Below, in pieces: positions 13,504 to 24,945 of a stretch of DNA of 46,267 bases; position 1 is the first letter of the stretch, and every line of letters begins with the position of its first letter. Under the pieces are notes generated by a model. The model saw only the letters and a program-made list of their open reading frames with translations, was not told the DNA's origin and made no database searches. The position numbers and the translations under genes are program-made. Source of the DNA: Octopus bimaculoides (lineage: Eukaryota); the NCBI RefSeq assembly GCF_001194135.2, contig NC_068987.1:99152302-99198568 (forward strand). The letters run 5' to 3'.

Positions 13504-13937
13504 AGGCGCAGGCGTAACTGTTTGGAAACAAGCTTGCTTCCTAACCGCATGGTTCGGGGTTCAGTACTACTGTGTGGCAACGTGGAAAAGTGTTTTCTGC
13601 TATAACCTCGGTCCGACCAAAGCCTTGTGATAGGAAATCTTTAGAAGGGAACTGAAAGAAACCCGTCGCGAGTATATATTTATATGTGTGTGTGTGCATG
13701 TGTGTGTACATGTGTGGGTGTGTTTGTTGTGTGTGTGTGTTTGTTGTGTGTGTGAATGCGTGTGTATGTGCCTGTGTATGTGTGTGTTTGTTTCCCTTTG
13801 TGCCAGGTCTGGTGCGTTTATGTCCCTGTTGCTTAGTGGTTGAACAAAAGAAACCGATAGATTAGGTATCAGGTTTTGAAAAATAAGTACAGGAGTTGAA
13901 AGATTGATCGCAGTCTAATGACTGAAACAAGTAAAAG
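13504..13937 (+). mobile_element. SINE family B, full length, with internal (TA/TG)n tract
   Basis: tRNA-like head (B-box-like GGTTCAGTACT), body CCGACCAAAGCCTTGTGA..ACTGAAAGAAACCCGTCG, TG tract at ~13673-13790, tail ending GACTGAAACAAGTAAAAG. Confidence 0.9.
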
Positions 13938-13957
13938 GTAATGGATATATTTGAACT

Positions 13958-14112
13958 TAATGCGGTGAGCTGCCAGTATCGTTAGCACGCTGGACAAAAT
14001 AAAAAGAGGTATTTCGTCCATTTCTATACGTTCTGAGTTCAAATTCCGACGTGATCGGCATTGACGTTCGTGCTTTCGAAGTTCCATAAGAGAGGTAGCT
14101 GTTGAATCATGG
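13958..14112 (+). mobile_element. SINE family A, directly downstream of the B copy
   Basis: GCGGTGAGCTGCCAGTATCGTTAGCACG...ACGTTCTGAGTTCAAATTCCG. Confidence 0.85.
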
Positions 14113-14699
14113 CTTGTGCCAAAATGTGAAACCAATATGATATTTGAAATTTTCTTTTATGAATTACAAAGGCTTTATAAAGAAATTAAGGATAGCAAAT
14201 ATTTATGAAGATGGTCCTTAATTTATTTCATTACCTTTTCAATTGAATATCCTTTGAGAGAGCATATGTGCGAATCAGATATTTAATATATATGTGTGAA
14301 ACCTCTTACTACTGGTGAAAATTTTAACTATCTCAAATATTCTTAGATAGTCACAGCCTATGAAGCATATATACTACGCCTTAAGCACAGAAGCCCGTAC
14401 AAACAGAGATACACATATTAAAGCTGTGTGTGATAGACTTTAATAAAACCACCCTGGTTAAACCATCGAATTTAGGAATTATTAATAAAGTACAGAGTGT
14501 CCTAGGTTTGGATAATATCGATGAATACATTTATACTGTGGGCGATGACGTGCACGTATTTAGACGGTATATTAGCTACACCAATTCCATTCGTTGGCTA
14601 CTGACATCAAATGCTTCGATTGTGTCCCCCAGATTTGACCATTTTGCTTACATACGCACATACACACACACTTATATATACATATATATGCGTTTCTAT

Positions 14700-14703
14700 G
14701 TAT

Positions 14704-14737
<34 letters not shown>

Positions 14738-14770
14738 TGTATGTATGTATATATGCATGTATGTGTATAT
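14700..14770. repeat. (TATG)n microsatellite
   Basis: Direct reading. Confidence 0.95.
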
Positions 14771-15139
14771 TTAGATATTTAGGGATTCATGAACAAATTA
14801 GTGATCACGTATTAAGCATGGAGTTACATTTCTTAATATGTAGCAGTTAATTTTTATTGATCGTCCATAACATGAAATTTCATAACACTAACGGCAATGT
14901 GCAGAAAATAATTACTAGAGAATCGTAATTTCATTAACATCTTTTCATCAATACGGAGTTGATGATTGCTTTCACTGATATGAACATTAAATCAGAAATG
15001 TAACATCTGCATGCAGTGAGTATATTCCGACATAATGGCCGTCTTAGTATTTATAACGATGTATTTCGAAGTCCTTTCATGTAGGCACTCTCACTCACAC
15101 ACACATACACACATACACTTACACATTTATATAGGTATA

Positions 15140-15140
15140 A

Positions 15141-15232
<92 letters not shown>

Positions 15233-15392
15233 ATGCACACACACACACATGTATGTATATATGTATACATATATACTTATGTTAATATATACATATATTG
15301 TTTTTTTCTTTTCTCGTTTCAGTCGATTGACTGCGGCCATGTTGGAGTAGTATGTGTGTGTGTGTGTACAAATGTTTGTGTTTCTGTCTGTG

Positions 15393-15450
<58 letters not shown>

Positions 15451-15548
15451 CATCCATGCATCCATCCATGCATCCATCCATCCATNNNNNNNNNNTATCT
15501 ATCTATCTATCTATCCATCCATGCATCCATCCATGCATCCATCCATCC

Positions 15549-15587
<39 letters not shown>

Positions 15588-15630
15588 AGTATACACATTA
15601 AATCTAAGATAGAAACCACCAAAATACTTT

Positions 15631-15677
<47 letters not shown>

Positions 15678-15712
15678 ACACACACATACATACACACACA
15701 CACATATATATA
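15140..15712. repeat. Cluster of (TATG)n, (TATC)n, (CATC)n and (CA)n tracts around a 10-N gap
   Basis: Direct reading; N at 15486-15495. Confidence 0.95.
15311..15347 (-). mobile_element. SINE family B, extreme 3' tip
   Basis: GTTTCAGTCGATTGACTGCGGCCATGTTGGAG is the reverse complement of the B tail. Confidence 0.7.
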
Positions 15713-16301
15713 TATACTTGTGTATGTTTGTGCACACGCGCATGTATGAGTCATTGCGCATGGGTGTTAGTATGTTAGTACCTGTTGCCCTAATTTGCTT
15801 CATCAAATTTTGATATATAACTATTGATATACATTCTTACAGATACATGAAATATGATACACTTGCGTTTTCCATCATCAATAGAAATGGAAACAAAATA
15901 ACCTTAGTCATTTGGCGTCATGTTGCCAGGAGTTTATGTCATTTACGATTTTATTAAGCATATTGTTTATCAGGAAATTTTGATTTATGACATTGGCACC
16001 GAACCAGTGATCTATAAACGATTTTAATTGTTCGAATGGATTTATTATATGATGTTTTGCTGCTGTTTATTTGTCCTCGAACTAGTACTGATTAACTGAG
16101 ATAATTGCTTTATGTTTCAGTAATTAAATAGTTTGGTGTTCAACTGAAGTTTTTTTCTTGTTGACTCTTTTTCAACGTAAGGGATCTACTATGAAGCTAT
16201 TTCTGAGTCAGAGTATTTTGTTATTTTAAAATTGTTGGCGCCGGTTACACAGAAATTCTGAATACAACCGATGTTTTCCAAACGGGCACAGAGAGAGAGA
16301 G

Positions 16302-16955
16302 NNNNNNNNNNNNNNNNNNNNNNNNNNNNNNNNNNNNNNNNNNNNNNNNNNNNNNNNNNNNNNNNNNNNNNNNNNNNNNNNNNNNNNNNNNNNNNNNNNN
16401 NNNNNNNNNNNNNNNNNNNNNNNNNNNNNNNNNNNNNNNNNNNNNNNNNNNNNNNNNNNNNNNNNNNNNNNNNNNNNNNNNNNNNNNNNNNNNNNNNNNN
16501 NNNNNNNNNNNNNNNNNNNNNNNNNNNNNNNNNNNNNNNNNNNNNNNNNNNNNNNNNNNNNNNNNNNNNNNNNNNNNNNNNNNNNNNNNNNNNNNNNNNN
16601 NNNNNNNNNNNNNNNNNNNNNNNNNNNNNNNNNNNNNNNNNNNNNNNNNNNNNNNNNNNNNNNNNNNNNNNNNNNNNNNNNNNNNNNNNNNNNNNNNNNN
16701 NNNNNNNNNNNNNNNNNNNNNNNNNNNNNNNNNNNNNNNNNNNNNNNNNNNNNNNNNNNNNNNNNNNNNNNNNNNNNNNNNNNNNNNNNNNNNNNNNNNN
16801 NNNNNNNNNNNNNNNNNNNNNNNNNNNNNNNNNNNNNNNNNNNNNNNNNNNNNNNNNNNNNNNNNNNNNNNNNNNNNNNNNNNNNNNNNNNNNNNNNNNN
16901 NNNNNNNNNNNNNNNNNNNNNNNNNNNNNNNNNNNNNNNNNNNNNNNNNNNNNNN
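16302..16955. other. Assembly gap (N)
   Basis: N run after a (GA)n stub. Confidence 1.
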
Positions 16956-17564
16956 CTATCCTACGCTATATAGAATTTGATAAATCGTTAATTATACTAG
17001 TGTTATACCAGTGCTAACATTTGATAGATTTAACTTTTGTATTTGTAAATAACCAGTGGATTTTCAGAAATAGTGGTGTAGCTAAGAAGTCAGCTTTAGT
17101 GAGTTTTGTAGCTACTGTTAAAGGTAGATATGAAAATCTACCTATATATTTCTAGTGTATTTCCATCTGACCCTTTACCTATCCCGGATGCGTTATCCTG
17201 ATATAATGCACCAAAGACAGCCTGCAGTCCGGATTTATTAACCCAAACTGACACTTTCCCCGAATACAACGTAAACAATTTTTATTTGTCACAGATCATT
17301 TCGAATGCGTAGATCTACAGATCTGCCTGTGATTTCTTTGTTTAGAAGCACCAAAAATGTAGACACACGGGGCACAAGGTTATTTAGATGATTGAAGGTA
17401 ACAGTTAACAAAGGCACGTGAAAGAGAAACGGCTGAAAGAAAGAATTTCATTCGTTCTGGCAGACCTATTTTTTCGATAAGAGAAACAGCAAAATACTGC
17501 TAGATAAACAGATTTCAACAAAACACACAAAAGCATCTAACGAATATGTGTACGTATGTATGTA

Positions 17565-17626
<62 letters not shown>

Positions 17627-18627
17627 NNNNNNNNNNNNNNNNNNNNNNNNNNNNNNNNNNNNNNNNNNNNNNNNNNNNNNNNNNNNNNNNNNNNNNNNNN
17701 NNNNNNNNNNNNNNNNNNNNNNNNNNNNNNNNNNNNNNNNNNNNNNNNNNNNNNNNNNNNNNNNNNNNNNNNNNNNNNNNNNNNNNNNNNNNNNNNNNNN
17801 NNNNNNNNNNNNNNNNNNNNNNNNNNNNNNNNNNNNNNNNNNNNNNNNNNNNNNNNNNNNNNNNNNNNNNNNNNNNNNNNNNNNNNNNNNNNNNNNNNNN
17901 NNNNNNNNNNNNNNNNNNNNNNNNNNNNNNNNNNNNNNNNNNNNNNNNNNNNNNNNNNNNNNNNNNNNNNNNNNNNNNNNNNNNNNNNNNNNNNNNNNNN
18001 NNNNNNNNNNNNNNNNNNNNNNNNNNNNNNNNNNNNNNNNNNNNNNNNNNNNNNNNNNNNNNNNNNNNNNNNNNNNNNNNNNNNNNNNNNNNNNNNNNNN
18101 NNNNNNNNNNNNNNNNNNNNNNNNNNNNNNNNNNNNNNNNNNNNNNNNNNNNNNNNNNNNNNNNNNNNNNNNNNNNNNNNNNNNNNNNNNNNNNNNNNNN
18201 NNNNNNNNNNNNNNNNNNNNNNNNNNNNNNNNNNNNNNNNNNNNNNNNNNNNNNNNNNNNNNNNNNNNNNNNNNNNNNNNNNNNNNNNNNNNNNNNNNNN
18301 NNNNNNNNNNNNNNNNNNNNNNNNNNNNNNNNNNNNNNNNNNNNNNNNNNNNNNNNNNNNNNNNNNNNNNNNNNNNNNNNNNNNNNNNNNNNNNNNNNNN
18401 NNNNNNNNNNNNNNNNNNNNNNNNNNNNNNNNNNNNNNNNNNNNNNNNNNNNNNNNNNNNNNNNNNNNNNNNNNNNNNNNNNNNNNNNNNNNNNNNNNNN
18501 NNNNNNNNNNNNNNNNNNNNNNNNNNNNNNNNNNNNNNNNNNNNNNNNNNNNNNNNNNNNNNNNNNNNNNNNNNNNNNNNNNNNNNNNNNNNNNNNNNNN
18601 NNNNNNNNNNNNNNNNNNNNNNNNNNC
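17627..18627. other. Assembly gap (N)
   Basis: N run after (TC)n(TA)n. Confidence 1.
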
Positions 18628-19029
18628 CCCCCCCCACACACACACACAAGATGTATATTTGTATTTGTTCGTCTTTCTGCTTGCATTCATCCGTAGCACA
18701 TGTAAATGTTTTGATTTAAATTTGCTTCCGTAATTTACAATACAATGATAAACCCGATTAAAACACTAGACGCCTATAAGTAAGAATTTAAAATTTTGAA
18801 TATATAACGTGTCTATGCAAATACTCAAAGAGTTAAAGACAACTTTGTGCATGTTTATTTTTTTAACTGTCTCATCTTGTGTTTCTTTCTTTGAAATTAA
18901 TATAATTATATGCGTCTATATGTACATAGTTCCCTCTCTCAGATTATGTGGCGCTGTGGATTATCATAGAATGATTATTATTATTTTTGTTATTATTATT
19001 ATTATTATTATTATTTTCCTTAGCATCTC

Positions 19030-19385
19030 CTTTCAATTCTGTTTCCATCTGTTGCCGAGTGTCACCCTGAGACGTAGAGCAGAGAAACGTACTGCATACA
19101 CTGGTGTGCCATAAAATAAACACACCAGATTGTTCATTTACAAAGTCATGTGGTAGAGAAATAAAAGACAGAGAAAATAGAAAGAATAAAAGTAAACAAG
19201 TAAACAAATAAATTAAGCGGCGGGAAAGGAAAGAAATTCACCGCGTGAGTGATCTTCTTAGCACGTATGACATATAATTTAAGATAATCTTTAGCACTTC
19301 CTGCATGGATGGTAAGCCAGATATCATTCTTAAATAATTTTCAGTTCCTTTTTTTATCATTCTAAGAGCTCCTGCAATCACTGGT
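19030..19385 (-). mobile_element. R4/Dong-like LINE 3' end, second subfamily
   Basis: Minus strand reads PVIAGALRMIKKGTENYLRMISGLPSMQEVLKIILNYMSYVLRRSLTR*, then a ~210-nt purine-biased 3' UTR and TAA repeats. Confidence 0.8.
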
Positions 19386-19474
19386 TATTATTATTATTAT
19401 TATTATTATTATTTTATGTTTGACTTTTGTTTTGCATTTGTACAAGTTGGATCCAAGTCTCANNNNNNNNNNTA

Positions 19475-19545
<71 letters not shown>

Positions 19546-19570
19546 ATTATTATTATTATTATTATTATTA

Positions 19571-19735
19571 CTTATTGTCTCTGCACAGCTTCTAACGATG
19601 GAGAAGAACTAAGGTGCCAACTGCTCACTACCAGTAAACTAAGGTAACACTCCCTAATTTTCGGGCACCATCCGGACTATTCGAGTGGCTCCAAGCAGTG
19701 CTTGTTTTCTATAAGTGCTCCACCCTTATTGTAGC
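19571..19735 (-). mobile_element. R4/Dong-like LINE 3' end, third subfamily
   Basis: Minus strand reads VEHL*KT/ALLGATRIVRMVPEN* (one frameshift; cf. LQKTALLGTARILRKVLE), then a short UTR and a long (AAT)n at 19473-19570. Confidence 0.7.
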
Positions 19736-19749
19736 CGCTATTGTTGTTG

Positions 19750-19825
<76 letters not shown>

Positions 19826-19851
19826 CACAATTATTATTACTATTATTGTTA

Positions 19852-20200
19852 TTTCAATTGTATTTCCATTTCTTGTCACCGACACTTAGGCAGTGAATTA
19901 ACTGTATACGTTGGAAGGTCATTAAAATAAACACACCAGTTTGTTCATTTACAATATCGTGTGACAGAAAAAAGAAAAAAAGAAATAAAAGAGGAAAAAA
20001 GAAAAAAAAAGAAAATGGAGGAAAAGAAGAAATGAAAAATAGAAAACAGAAAAATAGGGGTTAAAGGCAAGAAAATTCACAGCAACAATGTTCTTTTGAA
20101 TACATGTGACGAATCAGTTAAGACATTTTTTTCCATATCATGCAGGGATGGTAAGCCAAGTAACATTCCTCGACCAATCGCAATCCAACTTAAGGTAATA
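19852..20200 (-). mobile_element. R4/Dong-like LINE 3' end, diverged relative of 19030-19385
   Basis: Shares AAAATAAACACACCAG.TTGTTCATTTACAA and GATGGTAAGCCA with 19030-19385; minus strand reads GMLLGLPSLHDMEKNVLTDSSHVFKRTLLL*; tail at 19740-19851. Confidence 0.75.
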
Positions 20201-20261
20201 ACAATCAACTTCTCTCATTTAAAATCAAAACGGATGACGATTAGCATCACGCCTGAAGCCT

Positions 20262-20420
20262 GGTCGATTACATCGACCCGAATGTGTCACTGGTACTTAT
20301 TTGATTGACTCCGAAAGGATGAAGTCGACCATGGCAGAATTTGAACTCAGAACGTAGCACCAGACGAAATAGCTAATGATTTCACCCGGCGTGCTCGCGA
20401 TTCTGCCAGCGCACCACCTT
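20262..20420 (-). mobile_element. SINE family A
   Basis: Reverse complement AAGGTGGTGCGCTGGCAGAATCGCGAGCACGCCGGG...GTTCTGAGTTCAAATTCTGCC. Confidence 0.9.
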
Positions 20421-20424
20421 CTTA

Positions 20425-20439
20425 ATAATAATGATAACA

Positions 20440-20480
<41 letters not shown>

Positions 20481-20489
20481 AATCATAAA

Positions 20490-20546
<57 letters not shown>
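20425..20546. repeat. (GAT)n then (AAT)n microsatellite
   Basis: Direct reading. Confidence 0.97.
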
Positions 20547-20550
<4 letters not shown>

Positions 20551-21422
20551 CGATGGCAAGAAAAGCCCCTACATGGTAAATACTGGGCTAAACTAAATGC
20601 GAAAGAAATAGACAGATAAAAATCCCAGCAATGGCTGAGAAGCTCAGGACTNNNNNNNNNNNNNNNNNNNNNNNNNNNNNNNNNNNNNNNNNNNNNNNNN
20701 NNNNNNNNNNNNNNNNNNNNNNNNNNNNNNNNNNNNNNNNNNNNNNNNNNNNNNNNNNNNNNNNNNNNNNNNNNNNNNNNNNNNNNNNNNNNNNNNNNNN
20801 NNNNNNNNNNNNNNNNNNNNNNNNNNNNNNNNNNNNNNNNNNNNNNNNNNNNNNNNNNNNNNNNNNNNNNNNNNNNNNNNNNNNNNNNNNNNNNNNNNNN
20901 NNNNNNNNNNNNNNNNNNNNNNNNNNNNNNNNNNNNNNNNNNNNNNNNNNNNNNNNNNNNNNNNNNNNNNNNNNNNNNNNNNNNNNNNNNNNNNNNNNNN
21001 NNNNNNNNNNNNNNNNNNNNNNNNNNNNNNNNNNNNNNNNNNNNNNNNNNNNNNNNNNNNNNNNNNNNNNNNNNNNNNNNNNNNNNNNNNNNNNNNNNNN
21101 NNNNNNNNNNNNNNNNNNNNNNNNNNNNNNNNNNNNNNNNNNNNNNNNNNNNNNNNNNNNNNNNNNNNNNNNNNNNNNNNNGATGCCTTAGGTATAATAA
21201 AAAAAATATTCAGACAAATACGTAACAAAAACACCAGGACTTACAAATATATATATAACATACAGAAAATTGCACTACTGGGTACTGCACACATTCTACG
21301 CAAAACACTTTCAATAAAGTAAACATAAGAGCACCACAGCAAACCACAGCACATACCCAAGGCGCACAGAGCTGCGCTAGGTAGTGAAGTGAAAGCACGT
21401 TATAAAAATAAAAGTACGGAAC
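20547..21422 (+). mobile_element. 5'-truncated R4/Dong-like LINE spanning a 530-N gap, within (AAT)n
   Basis: Left of gap IKRWQEKPLHGKYWAKLNAKEIDR*KSQQWLRSSG; right of gap ALGIIKK/YSDKYVTKTPGLTNIY/NIQKIALLGTAHILRKTLSIK* plus 3' UTR; AAT tracts on both sides. Confidence 0.85.
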
Positions 21423-21490
<68 letters not shown>

Positions 21491-21505
21491 TAATAATTAT
21501 AATAA

Positions 21506-22038
21506 CTCTCATGGATTCTGATCTTAATTGATTCGAAGTGTTATCATGTACATTGTTTTTTCTTGGTATATAAAGATGGGCTACAGCAAATATTCTGCTT
21601 AATACCACAGATTTGTTATTAGTACTTTGACCTTAACCAGTTGAGCATGTCCCTTGGTGGCTAACGATATGTGCATCTCTGATCATGATCAGAAGTAGTG
21701 GGGAAGCATCATTGCCAAGTGTTGAGAGGAATTCTTCGGGGTTTGAATAATTCACCTATGGAAACATGGGTGTTTTGTTCAACATCCTTAAACAAACCTT
21801 ATTCAGGGACCTTTTGATCGGGATGGGCTATTCAACCTGAAGAAACGTCTAACTGGGCTCCACCTGCGAGGTCATGCGCTGTTTATTTTGATATGAGATC
21901 ACCATGTCGCGCACACATGGTTGTGATGCATGTGCCTGGTGTACCCTTATCAGACGAGTAGTCATTATGGGTATACTGGGCTTCGTATATTTTGGCCCAG
22001 TGTCACTTTGATGGCAAGCACTGCTCTCTCACTCACTC

Positions 22039-22040
<2 letters not shown>
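21506..22040 (+). mobile_element. Element X, second copy, lacking ~25 nt at its 5' end
   Basis: Starts CTCTCATGGATTCTGATCTTAATTG, ends GCACTGCTCTCTCACTCACTCAA followed by (TAA)n; collinear with the reverse complement of 1791-2347. Confidence 0.85.
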
Positions 22041-22121
<81 letters not shown>

Positions 22122-22123
<2 letters not shown>

Positions 22124-22337
22124 GTTTCAGATTTTGGCAGAAAGCCAGTAATTTTGGGCAATGGGTAAGGCGACAACCCTGACTCCAGTGCTGAACGGGC
22201 ACTTATTTTTATCGATTCTGAATAAATGTAAAGCAAGGGCTACTGTGAGGACTTTAATCTCATAATGTAAAGACTGACTGCAAGTTGCTAATTGTCTTAT
22301 CCGACGTGCTAGCTATTTTCTCTGCTCAATGCCTTTA
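22122..22337 (-). mobile_element. SINE family A, diverged
   Basis: Tail GTTTCAGATTTTGGCAGAAAGCCAGTAATTTT matches 7148-7170; head remnant near 22300-22337. Confidence 0.7.
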
Positions 22338-22339
22338 AT

Positions 22340-22373
22340 ACTGATGATGATGATGTTGATGATGATGTTGATG

Positions 22374-22429
<56 letters not shown>

Positions 22430-22534
22430 GATGATGATGGTGATGATGAAGGAAGAGGGAATAGAAAAAGAATAACAACAGTAACAACAACATCAATAAT
22501 ACTAATAATAATTATAATAATATTAATATTAATA

Positions 22535-22633
<99 letters not shown>

Positions 22634-22761
22634 ATAATAATAATAATAATAATAATTATAGTAATAATAATAATAGCAATAATAATAGAATGATGAAACA
22701 ATAAAAAAAAAGGAGGAGAAAAAGAATAAGAATAACAAAGATAATGATGATGATGATGATG

Positions 22762-22807
<46 letters not shown>

Positions 22808-23115
22808 NNNNNNNNNNNNNNNNNNNNNNNNNNNNNNNNNNNNNNNNNNNNNNNNNNNNNNNNNNNNNNNNNNNNNNNNNNNNNNNNNNNNNNNNNNNNN
22901 NNNNNNNNNNNNNNNNNNNNNNNNNNNNNNNNNNNNNNNNNNNNNNNNNNNNNNNNNNNNNNNNNNNNNNNNNNNNNNNNNATTATAATAATAATAATAA
23001 TAATAATAATTATAGTAATAATAATAATAGCAATAATAATAGAATGATGAAACAATAAAAAAAAAGGAGGAGAAAAAGAATAAGAATAACAAAGATAATG
23101 ATGATGATGATGATG

Positions 23116-23189
<74 letters not shown>

Positions 23190-23205
23190 AAGAAGAAGAA
23201 GAAAA
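22340..23205. repeat. Compound GAT/AAT/ATT/GAA microsatellite block containing a gap (22808-22981)
   Basis: Direct reading. Confidence 0.95.
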
Positions 23206-23279
23206 AGGAGATGCAAAAGAGGAATATGGAAAGGGTAATATACGGGTGGATATTCATTATCATTGACATATGCTATAAT

Positions 23280-24420
23280 CATGTCAAATTTATACGATAT
23301 CCGTCTTAAAACTTTTGCGTCTAGATTAATGGCTTCATCGTAGTTATACTGCGAAAGTAATTTTTCTCAAGTTCTGAATATTTTACAGGGAGGTTCTTGT
23401 CGATATGAGCTGCATCATAGACTTCTTTTGAGTGCTATATTTACACGCCGTATAAATATAGCATGAAAATGAACTGGCAATGTAATTATAACACTCTTGA
23501 GGTTGACGTTTTTGGCAAGGTTCTCATACTAGCGGATTAGATATTTAACGGTGTTTTAGGTCCATTGTGAAAAGATCGCCACGAATCTCGGTTGATTCAA
23601 CTACAGCATTTCAAATATTAAGTGTACATATGTGTATGCTACAACCCGTGACATGATTTGAGCATTATGCATTAAGATTTGGAAAGAGAAATTTAGAAGG
23701 AAAGCACGATCAAAACTTATATCTGGTTGGGCGTCTGGATGGGCAGCTTCACATTTTTCTGTTCCCATCTCCATTGCTTGTCAATTCATGATTGGTAATG
23801 CAGAACTTCATGTCGTAGTATTCATTTTAGAAAGGGGTTTACATGGCAGATCTTGTAAATAGCTGCAAGCTTTGTGAAATTTGCAGTTTGTGCTTACCGT
23901 GTATCAGTGGCTTAAATGTGGTAATTTTTCAGGCAATCTTCGTAAAAAAGGCCTTATTGAATGTTGGACAAAATTTTATGAATGGAAAAGGCAATAAAGA
24001 ACTCAAAATCTTCATTACTGGAGATGTGCTGCATCTGCCGGCATTTGGCAGCTTCATTTCAGCTGCTTTGCTCCGTTATAGCAAATATTGCAAAGTCATA
24101 TCTCTTGATTACATATTGGCAGTCATATTTTCTTTAATGAATTGCAGATCTAAAACTTCATGCGTGCATTAGATCACTTGTTTGGGAACGAGAGGGCAAG
24201 TGGGATGTCAATGTGTTGTTAATATAATGCTGTCCAATGTTTTGGAAGACAAAGCAGTCTTGACCTCTTCTTCTGTTAGAAGAGTAGCTATAGTTTTAGT
24301 TTACACCTCTTTAACGTATGCAGAAGGAAACAACTTGTTGCAAATATTAGATTCCATACAAGTTGAATTCCTCTAAGTGAACCACATTTACGGAAGACCA
24401 TCTAAGTTTTGACAACGTCG
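23280..24420 (-). mobile_element. Heavily decayed hAT-superfamily transposase relic
   Basis: With frameshifts, the minus strand shows in the expected order: CQNLDG/(A)SV/M..SLRG (cf. QxYDGAxxMSG, ~24415-24375); QL..NLI/LQQVVS (cf. HxLNLxLQ); LPSRSQT (TRW region, ~24200-24180); NEAAK..SSNEDFEFFIAFSIHKIL; EPCQKRQP; KNYFR/ITYDEAINL..FD. Confidence 0.55.
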
Positions 24421-24689
24421 AAAAACATTCCTCCGATACGATGCACTTAATTAGATTGGAGTAAATGCTAATTGTAAAAAGGCATATTAAAATAAGTAAT
24501 CGCATTATGGAAGATCCATAACCGAGTGTTCAACACCATTTGTAATTTTTTTACCAGCTATAATTGTACAAATTACAGATACACATAATACATACATACA
24601 TACATAAATACATACATTCAGGAGGAAAATCTGGTGTGAAAAGGAGTTTAACCGAGATGCCTTGTTGCTGGAAGAAATCCGAAGACGTT

Positions 24690-24945
24690 ATTGCTCCTGC
24701 GTTTCAAAAAAGACATACAAAATTGTTGGTGAAACTCTTGCAACTACGATCCAGATACTCCAGAATGGAAAACCCCAGTCTCGCGCTATTCCCCCTCTAC
24801 CAGTAATTCTTTAAAACACCAGTCTGTGTTCGAATTGTCCTCGGACAGGGGCCATCCGGACTCCCGTTTTCGCCGTGAACAGGAATTAATCTTCCCTCTT
24901 TGCTCCTTTGCGCCATATGGCTCAACACTCCTCTCCTTTTCATCT
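24690..24945 (+). mobile_element. Penelope-like element, GIY-YIG endonuclease C-terminal relic
   Basis: Reads YCSCVSKKTYKIVGET (degenerate YIGxT), then TPVSRYSPSTSNSLKHQSVFELSSDRGHPDSRFRREQELIFPLCSFAPYG, resembling the PLE pattern R..REQxxI..L.s..P.GLN. Confidence 0.6.

Noticed and set aside
16271-18733. Long ORFs of 248-406 aa in the track (also 20631-21234, 22309-23269, 41876-42853)
   Set aside because: They are translations of N-runs and simple repeats
18975-22120. CRISPR-like repeat-spacer array (TAA tracts alternating with unique blocks)
   Set aside because: The repeats are variable-length microsatellites, the 'spacers' are 165-900 bp retroelement ends, and the DNA is eukaryotic with no cas genes
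23843-24376. Plus-strand ORFs with PIF1/Helitron-helicase-like words (FITGDVLHLP; QVEFL)
   Set aside because: No Walker A/B motif, and the opposite strand carries several ordered hAT motifs, so the resemblance is most likely chance
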